A DNA stretch of 63,510 bases, filler included. It is 4 parts of 4 records of this genome, joined end to end, with 100 filler letters (N's around TTAATTAATTAA, not from the genome) between each part and the next. Parts side by side here need not be neighbours in the genome. Positions count along the whole stretch, not along the records: positions 1 to 10,595 come from SRR20825010_2994; 3 more parts are not named here. The stretch is one strand, 5' to 3'. Below are positions 1 through 8,260 of this stretch, in pieces. Position numbers and translations under genes: made by a program. Each line of letters opens with the position of its first letter. Position 1 is the stretch's first letter. The notes below the pieces were generated by a model. The model worked only from the letters and a program-made list of their open reading frames with translations, ran no database searches and was not told the origin of the DNA.

Positions 1-108
1 TAGGTCGAATTTACCCAAGGGCACAGAGAGGCCGAAGGCCGTAATCCGACATTCAACTACCACAAAAAAACAGATTATCGGCTTACGGCTGCGCCTAAGC
101 CGACCTAC
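1..108. repeat. Pair of inverted GTAG-family REP elements (REPIN/BIME-like)
   Basis: Positions 78-108 on the minus strand read GTAGGTCGGCTTAGGCGCAGCCGTAAGCCGA (GTAG plus imperfect palindrome). Positions 1-51 are a degenerate opposite-orientation copy, TAGGTCGAAT...GGCCGTAATCCGACA. Confidence 0.65.
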
Positions 109-130
109 TAAAGCAAGAATCCACGCCCAC

Positions 131-160
131 AAAAAAGCCGGCAATTAATGCCGGCTTTCT
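131..160 (-). terminator. Rho-independent terminator of degQ
   Basis: AAAGCCGGCA/TGCCGGCTTT stem followed by T6 on the minus strand, 26 nt past the degQ stop. Confidence 0.85.
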
Positions 161-185
161 TGATACAGCTTGCATGGTTAGTCGA

Positions 186-1589
186 TCAACGCACCACCAC
201 AAAGAACACACCGCCGTTGCGGTTAACTCGCAGCAACAGGGCCGCTTCTTTATCGTCCACAGCCTTACGTAACTCGTCCATGGTGTTCACGTCCTGGCGG
301 TTCACGTTAATGATCACGTCGCCGTTACGCAGGCCGGCGCGCCAGGCCGGGGAGCCTCGTTCTACTTCGTCGACCAACACGCCGGCGTCGGCATGTTGCA
401 GCTCGCCCTTGCGCAGGTCACGCAAGTTCGCGCCTTCAAGGAATTTGGAGACGGCCTCACCGCCGGCGGTTTCCCGTGATGACTCGCTGATCACGGCGGT
501 GACGTCTTTTTTCTTGCCATCACGCAGGATGCTCAGGGTCACTTTCTCACCCACCGGCGCCATGCCCACCTTGTTACGCAGGTCGGCTGCGCGGTTTACC
601 GGTCGACCATCCACGGCGGTGACTACATCACCGCTTTTCAGGCCGGCTTTCTCTGCCGCACTGTCTTCCACCACCTGGGTGATCACCACGCCGCGCTGGC
701 GCTCAACACCAAAGGCTTCCGCCAACTCCGCCGTCAGGTCCTGAATGGTGACGCCGAGCATGCCGCGGCGCACTTCACCGTGTTCGATGAGCTGCTGCAT
801 CACGTTCTCGGCCATCTCCGTGGGGATGGCAAAACCGATGCCCACGTTGCCACCGGCCGGCGCCAGAATCGCCGTATTGATACCCACCAGCTCACCACGC
901 AGGTTGACCAGTGCACCACCGGAGTTGCCCGGATTAATGGAGGCATCGGTCTGGATAAAGCTTTCATAGCCTTCAATGCCCAAGCCTGTGCGACCCAACG
1001 CGGAAACGATGCCGCTGGTCACCGTCTGGCCGAGCCCAAAGGGGTTACCAATGGCGACCACAAAATCGCCGACCCGCAGACCGGTGGAATCCGCAATGGC
1101 AATTTGGGTAAGGCGTTCCGCCTCTTCCAGCTTCAGTACCGCCAAATCCACTTCTTCATCCACACCCACCAGTTCCGCCGACAATTCGCGGCCATCGGTA
1201 AGGGTGACTTCAATATTGTCCGCGTTCTTGACCACGTGGGCGTTGGTCAGCACATAGCCTTCAGCAGCATCCACAATCACCCCGGAGCCGGCACTGGCAG
1301 CGCGGCGCTCGGAGGGCCGCTGGCGTTCCGGCATGTCGAAAAAGCGACGAAAGAAAGGATCATTCATCAACGGATTACGCGCCGCCCGCACCCGGGTTTC
1401 GATGGCAATATTCACCACCGCCGGCGAGGTTTTTTCCAACATGGGGGCCAGTGAAGGAAGCGCGTCCCCTTCTGCCGTGACAGCAGGCAAGGCCGCCTGA
1501 ACCGGGGAAAAGGCAACGCATAACAGCGTCAACACCCAGACGACGGGAAGGATTGGTTTTTTTTGCGTAGACAACGTTTTTTCAAACAA
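186..1589 (-). CDS. degQ: DegQ/DegP (HtrA) periplasmic serine endoprotease with two PDZ domains
   Basis: TNAHVV, DLAVL and INPGNSGGAL triad motifs, two PDZ domains and a signal peptide. TTG start chosen from the AGGAGG RBS 8 nt upstream. Confidence 0.92.
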   Translation of the reverse strand: MFEKTLSTQKKPILPVVWVLTLLCVAFSPVQAALPAVTAEGDALPSLAPMLEKTSPAVVNIAIETRVRAARNPLMNDPFFRRFFDMPERQRPSERRAASAGSGVIVDAAEGYVLTNAHVVKNADNIEVTLTDGRELSAELVGVDEEVDLAVLKLEEAERLTQIAIADSTGLRVGDFVVAIGNPFGLGQTVTSGIVSALGRTGLGIEGYESFIQTDASINPGNSGGALVNLRGELVGINTAILAPAGGNVGIGFAIPTEMAENVMQQLIEHGEVRRGMLGVTIQDLTAELAEAFGVERQRGVVITQVVEDSAAEKAGLKSGDVVTAVDGRPVNRAADLRNKVGMAPVGEKVTLSILRDGKKKDVTAVISESSRETAGGEAVSKFLEGANLRDLRKGELQHADAGVLVDEVERGSPAWRAGLRNGDVIINVNRQDVNTMDELRKAVDDKEAALLLRVNRNGGVFFVVVR

Positions 1590-1742
1590 CGGTTGTTCCT
1601 CCTGTTTCAAGGAAAACATCATCGATAAAAGGGATGATGGGCTAAAAGTCCAGTACCGGATGCCACCCAGAAATGCCCGGCCCGCAATCGCTGGCAGCCG
1701 GGGATTGGGCGTCACCCACTTTTTTCTGACCTGCGCAAACGT

Positions 1743-2414
1743 CTACGGTTCCGAAGCGAACAGACGAACGCCGTTGTACTCCCGCGATTCCCCCAAATCC
1801 GGCCAGGTACAGGACTGCCACTCCCCCAGCAGTCGGTAGCCCGGAGGATTCAGGTCCGGCACCCGGGAATCCGCCAACAGCACCGCCCCCGCGGCCTGGA
1901 ACCGGGCCAGTAACGGCAGATTATCGCGGTCATAGAGAATATCGGCCGCCGTTACCAGATCCGCGCCAGCCAGGGCGGTATCCAGGTCATTACTCAACGC
2001 CACCTCGACGCCATTCTCCCGGGCGTTCATGGCCGTGGCCGTGAGGGCGTCCTCGTCCAGATCACAGGCGATGACCTTGCGTGCCCCCGCCAGGGCCGCA
2101 GCAATGGCCACCACTCCCGAACCCGGGCCCACATCCACCACACAACGGTCGGCCACCTGCTCGGGGTTCTCCAGCAGATACTTCGCCAGCACCTGTCCGG
2201 AAGCCCAGCAGAACGACCAGTACGGCGGCTCTTCCATGATCGCGTTGACGATTTCCGGGTCCAACGCCTGCTCCGGGAATAACTCATCCAGCAGCCACAG
2301 GCGCAGGGCGGGTGTTTGCGGCAATGCCTGGCACGACAGGGACACCGCCGGTAATACGCGGTGGAGCCGTTCGTGCAAGGCGTTGAGGCCTACTTTTTCC
2401 TGTTCTGTTGTCAT
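1743..2414 (-). CDS. Class I SAM-dependent methyltransferase (METTL20/PrmA-like protein lysine methyltransferase family)
   Basis: PPYWSFCWASGQVLA, motif I VVDVGPGSG and ADILYD. Confidence 0.85.
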   Translation of the reverse strand: MTTEQEKVGLNALHERLHRVLPAVSLSCQALPQTPALRLWLLDELFPEQALDPEIVNAIMEEPPYWSFCWASGQVLAKYLLENPEQVADRCVVDVGPGSGVVAIAAALAGARKVIACDLDEDALTATAMNARENGVEVALSNDLDTALAGADLVTAADILYDRDNLPLLARFQAAGAVLLADSRVPDLNPPGYRLLGEWQSCTWPDLGESREYNGVRLFASEP

Positions 2415-2466
2415 ACTCTAGGGCCTTAAGTTTTGCCTATCCGAAATCGTCGAAGAGAATAACAAA

Positions 2467-4431
2467 ATGACCGGCAGACAGGGATGGATTGGCGTTATCG
2501 CGCTACTGCTCAGTGTCACCAGCCCCCTCAAGGCACGGGAAATCTGGACAGACGGCGTACCCGACGCTTATTTCAAACATTTCGTGGAGTTCTACAAGGC
2601 CGACCCCAGTGCCATGGGCCGCTGGGCCACCGGGTTGACTCGCATTTCCACCGAACAGCTGGATTACACCCTTAAAGCGCTGGATACCACCCAGTTCACC
2701 TACCTGTACCCCATGGAAATCAAGGGCTACGACCTGCCCCGCCACAACGGCATCCCCACCGAAGAACTGTCGTTGATGGCCGTGCGCGCTGGCAAACTGA
2801 TTCCGGTGCCCTACCAGATAGACGAATTCGACAAGACCGGGCTAATCTGGATTGAAGGTGAAAACGACAGCAAGGCGGAAGGCGAGCCCGGCATTTTTGA
2901 CGATTTCGATGAACTGGTTTTCATGTTCCGCGATGGCGGCTGGGACCGCTTCGATCCGGCGCAACACACCCTGGCCGAAGGGCAGATGCTGGAAGAGATC
3001 CGTCTCGACTCACCGCGCAACAAACCGCGCTATCTCTATCTGGTGCGCAATAACAGCGAGCGATCACGGGCGGATTATGTGGAGGTGAATCTGGACGAAG
3101 GCTGGATCCAGACCACCTTGATGCGCATGGAATTCGAGCCCAAGGACTTCACCCAGATCCAGTCCATGGCACCGCGTCTGGGACCGCACAAGGACGAAAA
3201 CGTCTTTGATAATATCTATGTGAATATCAGTACCGGCATTCTTAACCAGAACCTGCGTGTGGATCTGGATACCCGCAAGAACATCAAGGCCACACCTCTC
3301 GCCGTGAAAGACGGCGCCGTGCGCGCCTCCATGCTGGTCAAGGCGCGGGTCTGGTATGCCTACCTGCCTACCTTTTTCAGCCAAAAATTCCAGGTGGATT
3401 TCTACGAACAGTCGGTGACCATTCCCTCCCGGTTCGCCATCGGCAGCATGAAGGTGCTGAAATTTTTCCTCATGTTCCTGCGTGAGCCGCGCATTCACTT
3501 TGCCATTGATTTCCAGAACCTGGATGGCGCCCGGCTGACCTTTGATTCCGTCTACGACGACAAACAATACGGGATCGTGGACGGCACCATGAGCGACTTT
3601 GAAGCCCGCATGAATGCCACCCGCCTGCCCGGCGACTGGCTGCATCTGGATTCCAACCAGGGTTGGGAAATGTTCTTCAGCAACCACATGCCGGTGGTGC
3701 CCAACGGCCTGTTCGATGCCTTCCTGGATGGCGTGACCATGAACATGTTCTACGAGGATGATGCCAACAGCACCACCAAGTACGAGCACGATCCAGGTGC
3801 CACCCCACGGCTGGGGTTCCAGAGCGAAGGCATTCCCGACACAGTGATTGACCTGATGGGCGCAATCCCCAAGCTCGACTTCCAGAACATGGACAGCCTG
3901 GGCGAAGCCATCGTGGCCCTGGCCGCAGCCGAGCAGGACGGCGCATTCGAGAAATACGATGAGGTGGTCAACAAGAAACTGGCTGAACTGAAAGCCGACG
4001 GCCGCATCGGCACCGTGGATGCGCTGGCCGATGCCTTTATTGCGGATCTGGACCGGATGAATTTCTCCGGCATTCCCCGGGATACCTTCAACCAGATCGT
4101 CCACCAGGCCATTGTCGACACCACCCCGGCGGTGGATCAGATTCACCATGGCAAGGTGTTGGCACGAATGATTACCCTGGCCAGCGATCAGGGCATCGAT
4201 ATTCGCCGCCTGCGCTATGCCACCATGGACAACACCCTGTGGTTCCCGGCCTGGGTAGGCGAAGGTGGGGCCAGCGACTTTCAGTGGCAGGTCAGCCACG
4301 CCCCGACAGCGACGCCACTGGGCCCAGTTGCAGTGCCAGCCAGCAAGCCTGCGCATCCCCCCGAGGCGGCACCTGCAGCGACCGCCCCCGCCGCTACGTC
4401 TCCGTCTGGGTCTTCTGCAACAGCGCCGTAA
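2467..4431 (+). CDS. Secreted hypothetical protein, 654 aa
   Basis: Long ORF with host-like codon bias, an N-terminal signal peptide (…SPLKA|RE) and an Ala/Pro-rich tail. No family recognised. Confidence 0.85.
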   Translation: MTGRQGWIGVIALLLSVTSPLKAREIWTDGVPDAYFKHFVEFYKADPSAMGRWATGLTRISTEQLDYTLKALDTTQFTYLYPMEIKGYDLPRHNGIPTEELSLMAVRAGKLIPVPYQIDEFDKTGLIWIEGENDSKAEGEPGIFDDFDELVFMFRDGGWDRFDPAQHTLAEGQMLEEIRLDSPRNKPRYLYLVRNNSERSRADYVEVNLDEGWIQTTLMRMEFEPKDFTQIQSMAPRLGPHKDENVFDNIYVNISTGILNQNLRVDLDTRKNIKATPLAVKDGAVRASMLVKARVWYAYLPTFFSQKFQVDFYEQSVTIPSRFAIGSMKVLKFFLMFLREPRIHFAIDFQNLDGARLTFDSVYDDKQYGIVDGTMSDFEARMNATRLPGDWLHLDSNQGWEMFFSNHMPVVPNGLFDAFLDGVTMNMFYEDDANSTTKYEHDPGATPRLGFQSEGIPDTVIDLMGAIPKLDFQNMDSLGEAIVALAAAEQDGAFEKYDEVVNKKLAELKADGRIGTVDALADAFIADLDRMNFSGIPRDTFNQIVHQAIVDTTPAVDQIHHGKVLARMITLASDQGIDIRRLRYATMDNTLWFPAWVGEGGASDFQWQVSHAPTATPLGPVAVPASKPAHPPEAAPAATAPAATSPSGSSATAP

Positions 4432-5086
4432 GCGCGGCGCTGTCTTTCACCTGCCCGTCTTCATCCAGCTCCGGATACGGCACGCCGTGGGCATCGCACA
4501 AACGGGCAATACGCGCATAACCCCAGCGGAAAAGCAGCTCGTGGTAACGGTCCGCCGCCACCCGAGGCTGGTCATAAAACCCCTTTGCCCTGCGCTGCTC
4601 GCAGGCTTCAGACAAAATAATCGCCGCCGCCACACTCACATTGAAGGATTCCACCATGCCCATCATGGGAATGGTCACATTCTGATCCACCACGCTGGCC
4701 ACTTCGTCGCTGACGCCGAATTTTTCGGTCCCCAACAACAGCGCCGTTGGCCGGGTGTAATCCACTTCCCGATAGGGAATCGCATCATCGGACAAATGTG
4801 CCGCCAGCACCTGCACACCCTGCCCCTGCAATTCACGGATCACGTCGGTGCTTTCATCGCGCTTATGCACCTGCACCCACCGCTGCGAGCCCATGGCCGT
4901 GCCCGCCGCCATACGCGCCCGGTTTTTGGGTAACACTGCATGTACATCGAGAATCCCCACCGCGTCGCAGGTACGCACAATGGCAGCGATATTATGGGGT
5001 TTGTGCACGCCATCCATGATCACAGTCAGGTCGGGCTGGCGGCGGTCCAGGGTGTCGCAAATGCGGCGGTAACGTTCCGGGGTCAT
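4394..5086 (-). CDS. trmH: tRNA (guanosine-18-2'-O)-methyltransferase
   Basis: SPOUT motifs HKPHNIAAIVRTCDAVG, LGTEKFG and IPMMGMVESFNVSVAA. Confidence 0.93.
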   Translation of the reverse strand: MTPERYRRICDTLDRRQPDLTVIMDGVHKPHNIAAIVRTCDAVGILDVHAVLPKNRARMAAGTAMGSQRWVQVHKRDESTDVIRELQGQGVQVLAAHLSDDAIPYREVDYTRPTALLLGTEKFGVSDEVASVVDQNVTIPMMGMVESFNVSVAAAIILSEACEQRRAKGFYDQPRVAADRYHELLFRWGYARIARLCDAHGVPYPELDEDGQVKDSAALTALLQKTQTET

Positions 5087-5244
5087 GGGTTTTCCTCGTG
5101 GCTGGCCGCGGATTGTATAGGCCCGGCCATGGCTGACACAATTCGCCCGCCTTGCCGATGGCTACGGTCAACAGCGCCACTGCCACTGTGCAACCTAATC
5201 CGCTAGGCTTGTGGGCTTGTGAAAACCCACGCCCTGGAGGCTCC

Positions 5245-6453
5245 ATGACTCAATCTCCATCCCGCCGTCTGCCCCTTGACGGGGTGCGCGTTATCGAACT
5301 GGGACAGCTGTTGGCCGGGCCTTTTACCGGCACCCTGCTGGCCTACTTCGGCGCCGATGTGGTGAAAGTGGAGCCCCCCGGCGGCGACCCGATTCGCGGT
5401 TGGCGCAAACTGGATGAGGACGGCACCTCGTTCTGGTGGCGCAGCCTGGGGCGCAACAAGAAATCGGTCACCCTGGATCTGAAAACCGGGCAAGGCAAAG
5501 CGCTGGCTCGCAAGCTGATGGTAGGCGCCGATGTGGTCATCGAAAACTTCCGCCCCGGTACTATGGAAGCCTGGGGTCTGGGCCCGGATGACTTTGCCAC
5601 CGACAACCCGGGGCTGATCTATACTCGCATTTCCGGCTACGGCCAGACTGGCCCCTACGCCAGCAAACCCGGCTACGCCTCGGTGTGCGAAGGCATTGGC
5701 GGCCTGCGCTACGTGAACGGTTTTCCCGGCGAGCGCCCGGTGCGCCCCAACCTGTCGCTGGGCGACACCATTGCCGGACTGCACGCAGCACTGGGCATTC
5801 TGCTCGCCCTGTTCGAACGCCAGAACAGTGAGCGGGGACAGGTCGTGGATGTGGCCCTCTACGAATCCGTGTTCAACCTGCTGGAAGGGGTGATTCCGGA
5901 ATTCGATGGTGCTGGCGTCATCCGCGAGCCCGCCGGTTCCACCGTCACCGGTATTGTGCCCACCAACACCTACCGCTGCGCCGATCGCAAGTTCGTGGTG
6001 ATCGGCGGCAATGGCGATTCCATTTTCAAACGCTTGATGACCGCCGCCGGCCGGCCGGATATGGCCGCTGACGCCGCCATGGCCAATAACGCAGGGCGTG
6101 TAGAACATGAACACGCCATCGACGCCGCGCTGGATAGCTGGTGCCGCAGCCTGCCCAGTGATCAAGTCCTCGCCATACTCGAAGAAGCCCGGGTGCCCTC
6201 CGGCCCTATCTATTCCGTGGCCGACATGATGCAGGACCCGCACTTCCAGGCTCGCGGCCTGTTTCAGCAAGTGGAAATCAACGGCAAACCCCTCAAAGTC
6301 CCCGCCATTACACCCCGGCTGGCGGACACCCCCGGCGAAACCCGCTGGCCCGGTGGCGAAGTGGGCAGCCATAACCAGGCCGTGCTCCGTGATGAGCTGG
6401 GTTTGAGTGAGGCGGAATTTGCAGACCTGCAGGCCCAAGGCATTATTGGCTGA
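5245..6453 (+). CDS. CaiB/BaiF family III CoA-transferase
   Basis: PLDGVRVIELGQLLAGP, RNKKSVTLDL, ENFRPG and ISGYGQTGPY. GGAGG RBS before ATG 5245. Confidence 0.93.
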   Translation: MTQSPSRRLPLDGVRVIELGQLLAGPFTGTLLAYFGADVVKVEPPGGDPIRGWRKLDEDGTSFWWRSLGRNKKSVTLDLKTGQGKALARKLMVGADVVIENFRPGTMEAWGLGPDDFATDNPGLIYTRISGYGQTGPYASKPGYASVCEGIGGLRYVNGFPGERPVRPNLSLGDTIAGLHAALGILLALFERQNSERGQVVDVALYESVFNLLEGVIPEFDGAGVIREPAGSTVTGIVPTNTYRCADRKFVVIGGNGDSIFKRLMTAAGRPDMAADAAMANNAGRVEHEHAIDAALDSWCRSLPSDQVLAILEEARVPSGPIYSVADMMQDPHFQARGLFQQVEINGKPLKVPAITPRLADTPGETRWPGGEVGSHNQAVLRDELGLSEAEFADLQAQGIIG

Positions 6454-6538
6454 CGCAGGCGCCCGCCCACGGCGTCATTGACGGCAACGTAGCGACAGCG
6501 GTAAAAATAAAAAACGTCATCGAAAGCAGGATATCACC

Positions 6539-6979
6539 ATGACCCAGATTCTCTGGATTGGCGTGTGTGTTATTGCGGTGGGCTTGCCAGGGCCTGTTAA
6601 CACTACCGAGATGACACCTGTTGAGCCCCAAAAGCCGTCAATCTAGGCATGAGGAGTGATGTTTGGTTGCTCCAAATGAGTGACGAATAACAACGAGTGA
6701 CGGCTTTTGGGGCTCAACCCAAAGGGCTGGTCCCTTTTTCCGCCCAGCAGCGCCATCCGTTGTTTATGTAGAATGACTACACGGCACACCAGCTGACACC
6801 ACTGGACGAAAAAATGCATCCAGCAGGCGTTATCTCGGTAGTGTTAACAGGCCCTAGCCACCGGCCTGTATTTTCATCTCCGGCGCCAGGCTCTCGGTTC
6901 CGACCCCATCTTGATCGGGAGTTGCTACCTCAGCGGTGCCGGCCTGCTGGCCGGCAACATCGTGCTGCCGCTATTCTGA
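6539..6979 (+). pseudogene. Small two-TM membrane protein gene (57 aa) interrupted by a MITE
   Basis: Removing the 267-bp insertion restores the open frame MTQILWIGVCVIAVGLLATGLYFHLRRQALGSDPILIGSCYLSGAGLLAGNIVLPLF*. AGGA RBS upstream. Confidence 0.7.
6589..6855. mobile_element. Non-autonomous MITE, probably IS5-family related
   Basis: Perfect 24-bp terminal inverted repeats AGGGCCTGTTAACACTACCGAGAT (6589-6612 and 6832-6855). Internal perfect 21-bp inverted repeat (6620-6640 and 6698-6718). CCAG/CTAG at the ends. No transposase. Confidence 0.85.
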
Positions 6980-7165
6980 TCCGCTTGCTGTTCGCCCGGC
7001 ACCAAATGTCTTCTGATGAGAAAGGCCAAAAGCCCGGATGACTGGCGCTATTGCGCAGCGTCTTTGGGGAGCTTGACAGGAGAACGCCGAAGGTCAGGCA
7101 GGATAGGATGGTAAGACACGCCCTGGAATCGGCTCATCACCCCATTCCACGATGAACCCACTTTT

Positions 7166-7615
7166 TCAGCCCTCTCCGGAGCCATGACCCCGCCGGGCAC
7201 TGAGCTGAATATACAGATTATGCATGACACGCTGGGCGATCAGACGAGCGCGGTCAGTTATCGGCCCGGCAAAACGCCCCTCCAGGTTCGCCATGAAATG
7301 CCCCAGCCACCGCTCATGATGCTCCCCGGTAAGCGGCTCGCGATCATCCAGCGCACGGTGCTTCGCCATCATATGACGCTGATATCCCTTTTCCCCTAAC
7401 AGCATTTTGTACCAATACTGGCAGATGGTGGGCAGGTGCTGTTGCAGGTCGATACCCGCCACGTCCAGAAACACTGGCGCCATGACCGGATCTTTCAGCA
7501 AGCGTTGATAAAACCCGTGCACCATGGCATCAATATTTTCCCGACAATCCAGATCCGGCAGGTCACTATCTCTTGCGGGCGATTCACCCGGCCGAAAAAA
7601 ACCAACCGCCGTCAT
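7166..7615 (-). CDS. Group III truncated hemoglobin (trHbP-like)
   Basis: IDAMVHGFYQRLLKDPVMAPVF…HLPTICQYWYKMLLG…MAKH…HHERWLGHF matches the 2/2 globin pattern. Confidence 0.85.
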   Translation of the reverse strand: MTAVGFFRPGESPARDSDLPDLDCRENIDAMVHGFYQRLLKDPVMAPVFLDVAGIDLQQHLPTICQYWYKMLLGEKGYQRHMMAKHRALDDREPLTGEHHERWLGHFMANLEGRFAGPITDRARLIAQRVMHNLYIQLSARRGHGSGEG

Positions 7616-7664
7616 TCCACTCTCCGCGTGCTTGCGTGAAGCGTGTTGCCTGTAGCGTCTCTCG

Positions 7665-7982
7665 TTACCACTCAATACGCCCGATGAGGATGTCCTTGAA
7701 CATGACAAAGTCACCGGCAAGGCTGTACCAAGGATGCTTGAAGGTGGCCGGGCGGTTTTTTTCAAACACATAGTGTCCCACCCAGGCAAAGCCATAGCCC
7801 ACCACTGGTAACAGCAGCAACCCCCACAGGTTGCCGGTCATGAACACCCCGGCCAGCACGCCAAACAGACCCAGGGTGCCGAAGAAGTGCAGCCGGCGAC
7901 AGATAGGGTTGCCATGCTCCTGGAGGTAATAGGGATAAAACTCCGCGAAGCTCTGAAAATCAGATTGCTTGATGGTCTCCAT
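7665..7982 (-). CDS. DUF962 / Mpo1-like membrane protein
   Basis: FAEFYPYYLQEH…CRRLH…AWVGHYVFEKNRPATF, with three conserved His. Confidence 0.88.
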   Translation of the reverse strand: METIKQSDFQSFAEFYPYYLQEHGNPICRRLHFFGTLGLFGVLAGVFMTGNLWGLLLLPVVGYGFAWVGHYVFEKNRPATFKHPWYSLAGDFVMFKDILIGRIEW

Positions 7983-8260
7983 GGGACCTCCTGTTAAATG
8001 CTCTTGTTCTCAGTATTAAGCTTGCCACAGCCCTCAGTCCCATTCTTGTAACCAACGGCTGACGGGTAAACATTCCGTTCCAGTGTAACGCAATGGCAGG
8101 GTTTCAACGGGTCAATTTATTGTGATTTGACGCCAATCGGATGGCACAGCCAGCCATTGCAGTCCCCCTTTGATCATGGACAATGGCGTACTTTCACAAT
8201 AAACATAACGTCGACCCTTATTTTCGACGCCCTGCACTCTCCTATTTTTGCGAGACATTT

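Noticed and set aside
3064..4356. Long antisense ORFs (e.g. 3064-4356, 5203-6438, 8174-9430, 37899-39335, 52161-53435, 56081-57394)
   Set aside because: Shadow frames of real high-GC genes, with no motifs or RBS support.
4320..4431. Pro/Ala-rich repeat-like tail overlapping trmH
   Set aside because: Low-complexity protein tail with no DNA-level tandem repeat.
7010..7050. CTGATGAG resembling a hammerhead ribozyme core
   Set aside because: No stem II closed by GAAA and no stems I/III could be built.
8142..8161. Sigma54-like TGGCAC…TTGC upstream of the serine hydrolase
   Set aside because: Spacing between the -24 and -12 elements is 4 nt too long.
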